NCBI GenBank assembly: GCA_965222605.1 | Contig: OZ244960.1 | Span: 736,001-800,000 of the forward strand | DNA length: 64,000 nt | Reading direction: 5' to 3' | DNA from: Candidatus Latescibacterota bacterium | GTDB taxonomy: Bacteria; Latescibacterota; UBA2968 | In this document: positions 30,098 to 39,961 of the stretch, piece by piece | How the letters are laid out: each line of letters opens with the position of its first letter | Position numbering within the stretch: the stretch's first letter is position 1 | Position numbers and translations under genes: made by a program | The notes under the pieces: model-generated | Database searches by the model: none | The model's input: the letters and a program-made list of their open reading frames with translations, nothing else | What the model was told of the DNA's origin: nothing

Positions 30098-30354
30098 AAT
30101 ATCCCTCCGGCTAAAAGTTCCAGGTTTTTCGGGAAAATATCTGCTCGTACTAAAAGCAGACGCCGCACTACCTTCTAACTGCAACTCCTGTGCCAGATGG
30201 ATTCAAATTGAAACAAAAAACTATAAAGATATTACTTTCAACATGTTACAACAATTTTCTTATCTGATAGTTCCAAAAAATAAATGTAGCAAAAATTCAC
30301 ACTGTGCGTCAATACCTCACAGTCACGAAATACAACATCGCATTTTAAGCCACC

Positions 30355-30393
30355 AAAAAGGGCTTGTATCTGAGCGACACAAGCCCTTTCTTT
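30355..30393 (-). terminator. Intrinsic terminator downstream of tRNA-Thr
   Basis: AAAGGGCTTGT...ACAAGCCCTTT stem flanked by A/T runs. Confidence 0.75.
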
Positions 30394-30394
30394 A

Positions 30395-30470
30395 TGGAGC
30401 CATCCAGCGGATTCGAACCGCCGACCGCCTGATTACGAATCAGGTGCTCTACCAGCTGAGCTAAGATGGC
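30395..30470 (-). tRNA. tRNA-Thr (anticodon CGT)
   Basis: 76 nt GCCATCT...GGATGGCTCCA; anticodon arm CCTGA-TTCGTAA-TCAGG; GGTTCGAATCC T-arm; encoded CCA. Confidence 0.97.
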
Positions 30471-30507
30471 TTTAAGGTATTGAAAAATACTGTTTCATCT
30501 TGCAAAA

Positions 30508-30536
30508 AAAATACACAAAGCATTAAAAGCTGTCAA
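30508..30536 (-). promoter_or_regulatory. Probable sigma70 promoter of the tRNA
   Basis: Minus strand TTGACA-17 nt-TATTTT. Confidence 0.5.
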
Positions 30537-30562
30537 GCGGGAATCAAAAAGAGGAGGTACCA

Positions 30563-31345
30563 ATGAAATTTGTCGTCGCTGTCGATTGTGAAGGCGTAGC
30601 CTGTGGCGTGGGATCACCTGGCGCGTCACTGAACTCTTCTCGGAATTTAGAGTTCGCCAAATTACAGGCCACGCGAGAAGCAGATGCAGCTGTTCGAGGA
30701 TTATTTGCAGCCGGCGCAGAACAGGTAATTGTATGGGATAATCACAACGGGAGCCTGAATCTGAATTACGACCTCCTGGACGAGCGATGCGATATCGCGC
30801 TCGGCGTGGGATTTGAACACCGATTTCCCGGTATGGATGAATCTTATGATGGCGTGGCGCTTGTCGGTTATCACGCCATGGACAATACGGTTGATGGCGT
30901 GATGTGTCATACCTTCAGTTCCGCGACGTATCAATGGATCAAGATCAACGGACGAGAAGTGGGAGAAATGGCCATAGATGCGGCCGTTGCGGGAGAGCGA
31001 GGGGTACCAGTCATTTTTGCCTCAAGTGACGATAAGGGAACCGCGGAAGCCGAGTGTTTTTTCCCAGGCGTTGTCACAGTCACCACCAAGCAAGGGATGG
31101 GATGGAATTGTGCGGTGAGCAAACACCCCAAACGGGTGGTAAATGAGATCTATGAAGCGATCCAGAACGCCATCACAAAACGCAACGCCATAAAACCCTT
31201 TGCATTTTCATCGCCCTTGGCAATGGAAGTGCGCTACAAACGGCTCGAAGCCGCGCAGTCGGCCAGCCGCGGATTTCCCGGCGCAGAGCGCATCGACGCC
31301 TATACTGTGAGACGAACACTGCAATCCATCCAGGATTATTATTGA
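30563..31345 (+). CDS. M55-family D-aminopeptidase (DppA-like)
   Basis: VDCEG, DNH, VGYHA, HT, VGE motifs. Confidence 0.9.
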   Translation: MKFVVAVDCEGVACGVGSPGASLNSSRNLEFAKLQATREADAAVRGLFAAGAEQVIVWDNHNGSLNLNYDLLDERCDIALGVGFEHRFPGMDESYDGVALVGYHAMDNTVDGVMCHTFSSATYQWIKINGREVGEMAIDAAVAGERGVPVIFASSDDKGTAEAECFFPGVVTVTTKQGMGWNCAVSKHPKRVVNEIYEAIQNAITKRNAIKPFAFSSPLAMEVRYKRLEAAQSASRGFPGAERIDAYTVRRTLQSIQDYY

Positions 31346-31371
31346 GAATATGCAAAAGTACAGGAGAAAAA

Positions 31372-32838
31372 ATGGAAATTCTGCTCGCAGCCTTCAAACA
31401 AGAAACATCCAGCTTTAATCCGGCGCGCATGCCCTATGATATGTTCAACGTATTATTTGGCGACGAACTGCTCGCGCTGCGGGGCAGCAATACCGAAATC
31501 GCCGGTGCGCTCGACATCTTTGCCAAACGAAAGGACATCGACCTGGTACCCATCTATTCAGCCTCATCCGTATCCGGCGGACCAGTTGCCGACGCAGACC
31601 TCAACAGACTCATGGACGAACTGCTCACAGGCATTCGCAACAACGCACCCGCAGATGGGATGCTCATGGTCTTTCACGGCGCAATGGCTGGCGAAACCGA
31701 GATCGACCCCGAAGGACATGTTCTCACCGAAATCCGCAACATCCTTGGCGATGTGCCCATTGTCACCACCTTTGACCTGCACGGCATCATCACCGACCGC
31801 CTCATCGAGCAATCCGACATTATGGTTCCCTTCCACACGTACCCGCACATCGACATGTACGAAACCGGACAACGGGGTGCGCGCAACCTCCTCGCCCTTC
31901 TCGATGGCAATGTCAAACCCACCGTCGCGCACATTCCATTGCCCATGCTCGTGCGAGGCGACGAACTCATCACCAAAACCGGACGATTTGGTCAGGCCAT
32001 TCGCTGGTGTCAGGAAATAGAAAATTCCGAAGGGGGCCTGGGTAGCGGTGTCTATATCGGCAATCCCTTCACCGATGTACCCGACCTGCGCTCTAACGTC
32101 ATTGTCTTTACCGACAACGATCCCGAACGCGCACACCGCGAAGCAAAACGCATCGCCCAATACATGTGGGACAATCGCGACCATTTCACAGCACCACTCA
32201 CCGCGATTCCAGACGCCATACGCCTGGCCGAAGAAACCCAGGGCCTCACCGTCTTTTCAGACGCAGCCGATGCCACATCTTCCGGCGCGTCTGGCGATAG
32301 CAACGCCATTCTCAAGGGCCTGTTTGAACACAATTACCAGGGCCGCGCACTCCTGCCCATTGTCGATCCCCCAGCCGTTGAAGCGGCCTTTAATGCAGGT
32401 GTAGGTACCTCCATAACCATTCCCATTGGCGGCGCGGTTGACAAAGCGCGTTTTTCCCCCCTCGAATGCGAAGTCTATGTCCAACTGCTCACCGATGGTA
32501 CCTATACCACGGGCACGGGCACATCGGGACATGCGGGCAATACGGCAGTTCTTACAACTGGGACCTACAGCATCATGGCGACCACGCGCCCGGTAAGCAT
32601 CATGGATCGCAAAGTCTTTGAAGCGCGCGGCCTCGACCCGCGAGACTTTGATCTGGTCGTGTGCAAATCGCCCAATGGCTTTCGGGTTCACTTCGAAGAA
32701 ATTGCCGCCCGAATCGTACCTGTTGACGCGCCCGGCTCCACCAGTGCCAATTTAAAAACCCTGCCCTATACCGAATGCCAACGCCCCATATTCCCACTGG
32801 ATGATAACGTACAACCTCCAGTAGAAATAGACGGATAG
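31372..32838 (+). CDS. M81-family metallopeptidase (MlrC-like)
   Basis: QETSSF, HGAM, DPEG, DLHG, TYPHID motifs. Confidence 0.9.
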   Translation: MEILLAAFKQETSSFNPARMPYDMFNVLFGDELLALRGSNTEIAGALDIFAKRKDIDLVPIYSASSVSGGPVADADLNRLMDELLTGIRNNAPADGMLMVFHGAMAGETEIDPEGHVLTEIRNILGDVPIVTTFDLHGIITDRLIEQSDIMVPFHTYPHIDMYETGQRGARNLLALLDGNVKPTVAHIPLPMLVRGDELITKTGRFGQAIRWCQEIENSEGGLGSGVYIGNPFTDVPDLRSNVIVFTDNDPERAHREAKRIAQYMWDNRDHFTAPLTAIPDAIRLAEETQGLTVFSDAADATSSGASGDSNAILKGLFEHNYQGRALLPIVDPPAVEAAFNAGVGTSITIPIGGAVDKARFSPLECEVYVQLLTDGTYTTGTGTSGHAGNTAVLTTGTYSIMATTRPVSIMDRKVFEARGLDPRDFDLVVCKSPNGFRVHFEEIAARIVPVDAPGSTSANLKTLPYTECQRPIFPLDDNVQPPVEIDG

Positions 32839-32839
32839 T

Positions 32840-33910
32840 ATGATCCACCTGCTATGCCAAATCTGTGGAAAGACCTGTAGCGCCAACACCTTGCAGTGGC
32901 GCTGCACCTGCGGTGGCCCCTTTGACCTCCACTTTGAAGCCGAATTAATTGTTGACGCACTTCCGCACCGACCGCCTACCCTGTGGCGCTACCGCGAAGC
33001 CATACCCCTCGCAGACAACGCCCATATCGTCACCCTTGATGAAGGATTCACGCCGCTGACACCCGTAACCATCGCCGGCAAATCCCTCCTCGTCAAACAA
33101 GACCACTTGTTCCCATCCGGCTCGTACAAAGACCGCGGCGCAACCGTTTTGATCAGCCATGCAAAAGCATTGGGCGTTCAGAACATGGTCGAAGATTCGT
33201 CGGGCAATGCCGGTGCGGCTGTCGCGGCTTACGCAGCGCGTGCGGGAATTGCTTGCGACATCTACGTTCCCGACAGCACATCAGCGGCAAAACTCGCACA
33301 AATCCAGAGCTATGGCGCAACCCTTTACAAAATCCCAGGATCGCGGGAAGATACGGCGCGCGCAGTTCAAGACGCGGCGCAAAAACACTTTTATGCAAGC
33401 CATGTCTGGAACCCATTTTTCTTTCAAGGCACCAAAACTTATGCCTATGAAATCTGGGAACAAAACAATTTCAACGCGCCAGATACACTCATCATACCAA
33501 CCGGAAATGGAACGCTACTAATCGGTGCCTATATCGGATTCACAGACCTTCTCAAACAAAATTTGATCACCCACATACCCAAACTCATCGCCGTCCAATC
33601 CGCCCATTGCGCCCCGCTTAAGCCCAACTGGACGTACAAACCCTCCGCGACCATCGCCGAAGGCATCGCCATTGCAGAACCCGCCCGCGCAGCGCAGATT
33701 GTCCAGTGCATTGACAAAACAGGGGGCACCATTCTCACCGTTGACGACGACGAAACGCGCAACGCCCAAAAACTAATGGCCGAAATGGGCTTTTACATCG
33801 AACCCACTTCGGCCACAGCCATTGCAGCTTATGTGAAATACCCCGCTCAAAGAGACGAAATCGTCGTCACTCCCCTCACGGGACACGGTCTAAAAGCTAC
33901 GGGAAAATAA
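32840..33910 (+). CDS. Threonine synthase-like PLP-dependent enzyme (fold type II)
   Basis: PSGSYKDRG, DSSGNAG, PTGNG, EPTSA, LTGHGLK; N-terminal Zn ribbon. Confidence 0.88.
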   Translation: MIHLLCQICGKTCSANTLQWRCTCGGPFDLHFEAELIVDALPHRPPTLWRYREAIPLADNAHIVTLDEGFTPLTPVTIAGKSLLVKQDHLFPSGSYKDRGATVLISHAKALGVQNMVEDSSGNAGAAVAAYAARAGIACDIYVPDSTSAAKLAQIQSYGATLYKIPGSREDTARAVQDAAQKHFYASHVWNPFFFQGTKTYAYEIWEQNNFNAPDTLIIPTGNGTLLIGAYIGFTDLLKQNLITHIPKLIAVQSAHCAPLKPNWTYKPSATIAEGIAIAEPARAAQIVQCIDKTGGTILTVDDDETRNAQKLMAEMGFYIEPTSATAIAAYVKYPAQRDEIVVTPLTGHGLKATGK

Positions 33911-33913
33911 CGA

Positions 33914-35305
33914 TCACACCCGCCAGGAAATTTTTTCCCAATCCTCATCCTCGCACTGCTGCACGTATTCTCGCACAATCCGCATCACATCATCGGAACT
34001 CCCCGAACGATCCATATCCACCCAATTTATCGCATCGCGTTTTGCGACCATCCAGCTTTTCAAAATTTCAAAAAGAGCACCCGTCTCAAGATCTGGTTCC
34101 GACTCTGTAGAAAAGTAGAGCCTTTGCAGCGCGTGTTCTGCCGCATCCCAATCGCACAGATCTTTGCGCGCTCGCACCTGGGCAAAAGACGTGCTATCCA
34201 CAACACAAAACAACTCAACGCATTCCAACTCAGCCGATGGCAGAATCAGCACCACATTTTTGAGAGTGCCCAATTCCACATCGCGCTTGTGTACGTCAAC
34301 CTGCGTATTAAACTCGGGCTGGCACAACGCGATCAGTTTCGATTCGAGCAGGAGCGCTTCAAGCTCAGACCCCACCGTCTCAACCTCCATGGACCATATC
34401 CGATCCAAAATCTGCTGCGTCTTTTGCGGTCGTTCCGATCTTTTGGCAAAATAACTGCCCACGCGCTTTCGCAAATCCACCGCCTTGCCCACATAAATCA
34501 CGTCACCCTCGCGATCCCGCATAATATAAACCCCGGGCAACTCGGGCAACGCGCCCAAAAACGCCTCGTCAAAAGCATACGCATCAAAATGTATTGGAAT
34601 GGGATCCGGGTACAGCGCGGCGATCAACTCTCCAATCGTATCAAGCCCCTGCTCTTCACATCGTTCCAAAAGGTGCAACAAAACATCGGCCTGCAAACTG
34701 GCTTCTCCCTCGGCACCGCGATCCGACATAAAAGACAGCCCCATAGCAGAGGCCAAATCCTCAACAGAATGCAATTGGACATCGGGATAAAAACGTCGCC
34801 CCAACCGAAACAGGCAAATCCCAGAATCCACAATCGCTCTGCCCATCGTCAGACGACTCAGCCTATTCAAACTGCGCTGAATTTTTGTCCACTGAAATCC
34901 CGAGGGAATCGCATCTTTCACCTCTTCGGCATAAGAAGCCAATATCTCCTCCCGATCATCCATACGAACCTGAACAGAGGGAAACAGCGTCTCACGCCCG
35001 CGCATCTGCACCTTGCGCCCCGCGAGTGCATAAACCTCAGCATCCGCAGACGGGATCAGTCCAAAACAAAAAAAGGAAACCTCCCACAGAGTCTTGCCCT
35101 GTCCCGGAGGTCTTAAATACCACATGCCACCACCGCCGCATACAAAACGAGGATCGTCATCAATAGCCGCACGCACCACCTTATCCGCTATGGGACCGCG
35201 TGCGCCGTGTAAACCCAGAGCCTCATAAGCCAGCACCTCTGCATGCACGCCCGTACCGCGCTGCTCCAAAAAAGCGTAGATGCGATCCTTAACAGTTGTG
35301 TTCAC
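33914..35305 (-). CDS. UvrC-like GIY-YIG nuclease fused to a degenerate DnaQ-like domain
   Basis: LPELPGVY..VIYVGKAVDLRKRVGSYF, SELEALLLE, PEFN. Confidence 0.78.
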   Translation of the reverse strand: MNTTVKDRIYAFLEQRGTGVHAEVLAYEALGLHGARGPIADKVVRAAIDDDPRFVCGGGGMWYLRPPGQGKTLWEVSFFCFGLIPSADAEVYALAGRKVQMRGRETLFPSVQVRMDDREEILASYAEEVKDAIPSGFQWTKIQRSLNRLSRLTMGRAIVDSGICLFRLGRRFYPDVQLHSVEDLASAMGLSFMSDRGAEGEASLQADVLLHLLERCEEQGLDTIGELIAALYPDPIPIHFDAYAFDEAFLGALPELPGVYIMRDREGDVIYVGKAVDLRKRVGSYFAKRSERPQKTQQILDRIWSMEVETVGSELEALLLESKLIALCQPEFNTQVDVHKRDVELGTLKNVVLILPSAELECVELFCVVDSTSFAQVRARKDLCDWDAAEHALQRLYFSTESEPDLETGALFEILKSWMVAKRDAINWVDMDRSGSSDDVMRIVREYVQQCEDEDWEKISWRV

Positions 35306-35322
35306 AATTTGTCCTATATATT

Positions 35323-36159
35323 TTATCGAGTTTTGCGCGCAATCGCACACAACCATTCGCTATCTTCCAGCATCTCATCAAGCACCAGATTTGCCCTGTG
35401 CAGCGCCGTGCAAAGAGCCTGGCGCTCGCGGTGCAAAATCCCCCCCAAAATCGCACATCCTTCGGGTTCCAGTCGCTTTGCCAATTCTGGAACCATAGGC
35501 AATAAAATACTGCTGATAATATTGGCAACCACCACATCAAAAACCCCGGACACCCTATCAACAGAATGCTGCTCTAAAACCACCTTTGCATCCACACCAT
35601 TTAAAATACAGTTGGCTCGGGCATTCTCAATCGCAGCCGCCTCAACATCCACAGCCATGACCTCAACCGCGCCCAACTTCACAGCCGCAATACTCAAAAT
35701 CCCCGATCCCGTCCCAACATCCAGCACCCGATCTCCTGTGATTATCTTCTTCTCTAAACCCAAAAGTGCCAGACGCGTTGTCTCATGATGCCCGGTGCCA
35801 AATGCCATTTGAGGATCAATCGCGATTGTAAAACCGTCGGAAGGATCGGGCACTCTGTCCCATGGGGGACAAATTGCCATGCGAGGGGTTGGATAAACAG
35901 GCTCAAAAAAGGAACGCCATGCCAGTGTCCAATCCGTATCGGGCACCGGATCAAAGCAGCATTCATTGGGCATCAGAGCCTGTCGTATCTGCGCTTCAAA
36001 GGCGCGACTCTGCACCGCCTTAAAATACGCCGTCAGCCGAACTCCGTCGCTTATGTCCTCTTCCACCACACCACAACAGCCCAGCTCAAACAATTGGGCA
36101 GAAACAATTTCAACCTTTGCCCGAGGCAATACTAAAGATACTTGAAAATAGGTATTCAC
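35323..36159 (-). CDS. prmA: Ribosomal protein L11 methyltransferase
   Basis: IDPQMAFGTGHHETT, VLDVGTGSGILSI, VVANI. Confidence 0.93.
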   Translation of the reverse strand: MNTYFQVSLVLPRAKVEIVSAQLFELGCCGVVEEDISDGVRLTAYFKAVQSRAFEAQIRQALMPNECCFDPVPDTDWTLAWRSFFEPVYPTPRMAICPPWDRVPDPSDGFTIAIDPQMAFGTGHHETTRLALLGLEKKIITGDRVLDVGTGSGILSIAAVKLGAVEVMAVDVEAAAIENARANCILNGVDAKVVLEQHSVDRVSGVFDVVVANIISSILLPMVPELAKRLEPEGCAILGGILHRERQALCTALHRANLVLDEMLEDSEWLCAIARKTR

Positions 36160-36163
36160 TTTC

Positions 36164-38116
36164 TCACCACGAATGCGTGCGATGGCCTTGTCCCGGAAAC
36201 CAAATCTGATCGACAAAAAACGACAGGAGCACGCCTAATGCATGGCCTACGAGCAGACCCAAAAAGAAGGGACGCAAACGCCGATAGAGATCCACGCCGC
36301 CTATGCGTAAAATGATCGATTTGATGCCCCAGGCCATAAAAACAGAAAAAACCGAATGCACGGCGTGCGTCAGCGGCACAACCATGCCGATAGGCGCGAG
36401 GGGCCACCACGCAAAACGGTAGCGCATCAGACTCACCACGGCAAAAATGCCAATGCCTAACAGCAAAAACAGGGGACGCTCATTCTCCCATTTTTCTTCG
36501 CCTTTGAGTGCCGTGACCAGCGCATCGTAGGTCCGCGGAGGATAGCGCGTAAATGGAAAATCGTTGAAATTATAAGCCCCGTGCAAATAGCCCAGATAGA
36601 GCGAATAGGCAATTGCTGCGCCAATGCCAATCACGAGCGTCAGTCCAATGCCCAAAATGAGCCGCTTCTTATTTCTTCCCGCCATATCTGCAATGCGCGC
36701 CGCATGCACGAGCGGGGGCATAAACATCGCTTTGCTCTGTGAGCGAACCGAGTCAACCAGGCGCAATGCCGTCAGTGTTGACCCGTCAAATGATTTGGGT
36801 CCAAAAATAAAAGGCAAGAGGCCGCTGGGCGACATTGGCATGCTAAAATAAATCACGCCGGTCTCGGCAATCACCCGTGCCGTGCCCAGATAAGTAACAA
36901 AAATACCCAGCGTAAGAGCAATCGCAACAGCCCAGCTAATGCCCACAGCCTGGAACCAGAAGATCAAGAAAATCAGACTAAACAACAGACCAAACGCACA
37001 CGCGCGGTACGAAAGCATCTCGTCTGAATCATCGATCTGCCGATCTCCGCGAAACGCTTTGACAAACACATCGCGAATGTGGAACCGCGCCATCCACAAC
37101 CCGAATAAAACCATCGCCACAAACGCGCCTCCGGCTTGTAGCGAGGTCGTCGCATCGCCAGCCTCCCCTTTATTACTCAGGTTAATCCCCACGCGCCTGT
37201 AAAACATAACTTGCACGCAGTAAAACAAATAAAATACCCAGATGGAAAACAGCACATCCAGGTTGGCAAAATAGGCAAAACCCACAGTATAAAAATTAAA
37301 CCGCACGTGGATGCGCGGAAAATACACGCCCATGTGCATCCACCCCGGTCCCAGGCTGATACTCGGAAATCCGGGCGAAAAATAACTGATGATATTCCAG
37401 GACAGGATGAGAAAAGGAATGGCAGCGCCAAATAGAAAAAATTTATTCTTCAAAAGGGGTACTTTGTACTCTGCTTCGGCCAGATCACCTGCCGGATGCA
37501 AAATGGGATATGCCAATCGCTCATGGTCTGCCCATTGCTTGCGCAACATAACCGCCAGACAAATGCACCCCACCACAATGGCGGCAATAAACGTCATCCA
37601 TCCAAACAAAGGCACAAACCACACGCCCCAGGGAATGGGCATATCCGGGCTGGGCATCCCTTCAAACAACCACTGCATAGCCCCGCCTTCATTGGAGGGA
37701 ATCAACCAGTTGGGCAAGTACTGATGAAAATAACTTCCCCACTGATTCTCGGGCGTGGCGAGATAATACGGAATAGAGATCATGCCCAAAAAATAACTCG
37801 TCAATCCATAGGCCGGAACAGCAGCCCCCACCAATCCCATCGCCAGAATCGTCCACACTTCGGTACTCGTCAATGCCCATGGGGCATGCCATCGGCGGGC
37901 GAGTGCATTGCCCAATGTCAACACCACATAAGGCGCAAACAGGGCAATTGGAAAATGTGTGATATTCATACGCGCGGTATGGGCGATATATTCGACATAA
38001 GTATTCCACCCAATAACGACCAGCGCGAGTGCCAATCCCAAGATGATCGACCGCGCAGTCACACCTTCCTGCGCGGCGAGTGCATCGCGATCAACGAGTC
38101 CCTCCCCAAGTGCCAT
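36164..38116 (-). CDS. DUF6785/DUF6784-like polytopic membrane protein (putative transporter)
   Basis: RKQW.DHERLAYP, R..AETG, WWPL.PIG, RPFFLGL motifs; many TM helices. Confidence 0.72.
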   Translation of the reverse strand: MALGEGLVDRDALAAQEGVTARSIILGLALALVVIGWNTYVEYIAHTARMNITHFPIALFAPYVVLTLGNALARRWHAPWALTSTEVWTILAMGLVGAAVPAYGLTSYFLGMISIPYYLATPENQWGSYFHQYLPNWLIPSNEGGAMQWLFEGMPSPDMPIPWGVWFVPLFGWMTFIAAIVVGCICLAVMLRKQWADHERLAYPILHPAGDLAEAEYKVPLLKNKFFLFGAAIPFLILSWNIISYFSPGFPSISLGPGWMHMGVYFPRIHVRFNFYTVGFAYFANLDVLFSIWVFYLFYCVQVMFYRRVGINLSNKGEAGDATTSLQAGGAFVAMVLFGLWMARFHIRDVFVKAFRGDRQIDDSDEMLSYRACAFGLLFSLIFLIFWFQAVGISWAVAIALTLGIFVTYLGTARVIAETGVIYFSMPMSPSGLLPFIFGPKSFDGSTLTALRLVDSVRSQSKAMFMPPLVHAARIADMAGRNKKRLILGIGLTLVIGIGAAIAYSLYLGYLHGAYNFNDFPFTRYPPRTYDALVTALKGEEKWENERPLFLLLGIGIFAVVSLMRYRFAWWPLAPIGMVVPLTHAVHSVFSVFMAWGIKSIILRIGGVDLYRRLRPFFLGLLVGHALGVLLSFFVDQIWFPGQGHRTHSW

Positions 38117-38167
38117 CGTATAATATCTTCTCCCATTTTGTATGCCTGTTACATACAGGCGAATTTA

Positions 38168-38629
38168 TCATGGCTTCAATTTTTCAAAAAACTGTTGGCG
38201 ATCCCGTTGAAAAACAACCCGCACTTTTTCTGCAATCTCCACGAGATGCGCGAGTTTTTCAAAATCCAATTCTGAAAGATATGCATGCCTGAAAAAATGC
38301 CGAAATCGGCGCAATTCATCTAAAAGGGTAAACGCCTCCTCAGATATACATGCAGGACGAATACCCTCAATCGTCAAACGCATTCGACGCAGCAAATCTG
38401 TGTGATAACGCTCGCCCGCGATATTATTTTCAAAAAATTGGGCAATTATTTCAAACACCTGTTCAAAAGCGCAATAGAGGTTGTGAAGCTGATATCCCAT
38501 GCTATCGAGACTTTCTGTGCGATTGCCAAATTCGGAATGTCGTTCCTCAATGCGCGCGTAGATCTGATCAATCTGCCCATAGAGATCTTCTACTTCCGCC
38601 TTTAACAGGGCGTATCTTGCTTCATCCAT
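38168..38629 (-). CDS. HEPN-domain (HepT-like) ribonuclease toxin
   Basis: LHNLYCAFE and RRFRHFFRHAY (Rx4H). Confidence 0.85.
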   Translation of the reverse strand: MDEARYALLKAEVEDLYGQIDQIYARIEERHSEFGNRTESLDSMGYQLHNLYCAFEQVFEIIAQFFENNIAGERYHTDLLRRMRLTIEGIRPACISEEAFTLLDELRRFRHFFRHAYLSELDFEKLAHLVEIAEKVRVVFQRDRQQFFEKLKP

Positions 38630-38960
38630 AAATTTTCATTCCTTTTTGCCGAAAACGATCCGCAGACATGTGTAAATCCAGATCAATCACATCCACATCC
38701 CGATCAACAGCATCTTCGACGACCTTCATCACATCCAGAACGCGACCAGGAGCACCACCGATTGCCACATCGACATCGGACTTGTGATCCCATCGGTGAA
38801 AAAAAAGAAGCGATCCAACGATAAATGCCTCGCGCACGCCATACTTCTCTCGACAAACGCGCAACGCACTCGCCACTCGATCTATAAGCACGACCCGCTC
38901 CCAATTTCTCTGCCTGCGCCGTGTCTTCAACGTTCTATCGAGAACATCCGTCTCAAACAT
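38622..38960 (-). CDS. MNT nucleotidyltransferase antitoxin
   Basis: IVGSL...SDVDVA...VDVIDL; overlaps the HEPN gene start. Confidence 0.85.
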   Translation of the reverse strand: MFETDVLDRTLKTRRRQRNWERVVLIDRVASALRVCREKYGVREAFIVGSLLFFHRWDHKSDVDVAIGGAPGRVLDVMKVVEDAVDRDVDVIDLDLHMSADRFRQKGMKIYG

Positions 38961-39108
38961 ATCGCCCACCTCACGAGAAAATTCAGGTGTCCAATATATA
39001 CAAATATCCAGCGGGGAACAATGAGCAAGCAATGGGCGAGAAGCGATGAACAAAAAACTCCCGATCTCTTTCAAGACCGGGAGCAGTATTTTTCAGTGAC
39101 GTCCGATA

Positions 39109-39747
39109 TTATCTAAAGAACACCGACACGCCACCTCTTACAAAATGACGTTTGATGCGGTCTTCTCCAGCAAATAAGACCGAGTACCCATACATTATGT
39201 TCAGAGCCGTGTGTTTTGATAGCACCTGGCGCGTGCCTGCGCCACCGCCCAATTCACTAACATTGCCCCATCCCCAAAAATCGCGTGCGGCAAAGGCCTC
39301 TAAAAACGGAAAGGTGCGATTTTTAATTTTCATGGGAATATTCAACCGATAAAAACCCGACACCGAAGACCCAAACCCGTCATCCACCGTCAAATAACGC
39401 CCTCGGGCATCTATTGTTGCATTGTCCAGCACTGGCGTTAGATCGTCCCGGTCAGAAAAATCGAGACCTGCGCGCCGGTCGTATTGTCTATTGCCCGCAA
39501 TAAAAGAACCGCCAATTTGATGCCATCGGCTAATCGAATAAGCCACTTGAACCCCGGCGCGATAGAACACGCTGCTACCTGAAAACCGAACAGACATAAT
39601 CGGCGTCACTTCCAATTGTCCCGCGCGAATAGGACCTATATTGACCCCACCTTCACCCGTTTTTTCTTTTTCACCGACCACATCGGCCTGAGCAGGTGTG
39701 CCCAAAGCCAACAGCCCGGCAACCAAACACATCAGCCAGTGTTTCAT
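39109..39747 (-). CDS. Small outer-membrane beta-barrel-like protein
   Basis: Signal peptide, alternating amphipathic strands, C-terminal GVSVFFR. Confidence 0.65.
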   Translation of the reverse strand: MKHWLMCLVAGLLALGTPAQADVVGEKEKTGEGGVNIGPIRAGQLEVTPIMSVRFSGSSVFYRAGVQVAYSISRWHQIGGSFIAGNRQYDRRAGLDFSDRDDLTPVLDNATIDARGRYLTVDDGFGSSVSGFYRLNIPMKIKNRTFPFLEAFAARDFWGWGNVSELGGGAGTRQVLSKHTALNIMYGYSVLFAGEDRIKRHFVRGGVSVFFR

Positions 39748-39961
39748 AGTATCTCCTCCTGAAAGGTTCTACCCCGGCGTTTAGACTAAAATATCCAAAA
39801 AAAACACCGCTGTCAATGGCTCTTATTCGCAGCCAGTGCCGAGACACTATGAACTTTTTGAGAACACACATGTATTGACATAAAAACGCAACTTGACGTA
39901 CCTTCGTGTTCCCCGTTAATTGTTGCGCTGGCACGAGTGCTACATTTTAGAAAGGACTCTC

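Noticed and set aside
30395-30470. tRNA-Thr as an integration site for an island
   Set aside because: No duplicate of the tRNA 3' end and no integrase seen in the window; the terminator follows directly.
34124-35116. 330-aa plus-strand ORF
   Set aside because: Antisense shadow of the GIY-YIG gene with no recognisable motifs.
37496-38275. 259-aa plus-strand ORF
   Set aside because: Antisense to the membrane protein and HEPN genes; composition typical of a shadow frame.
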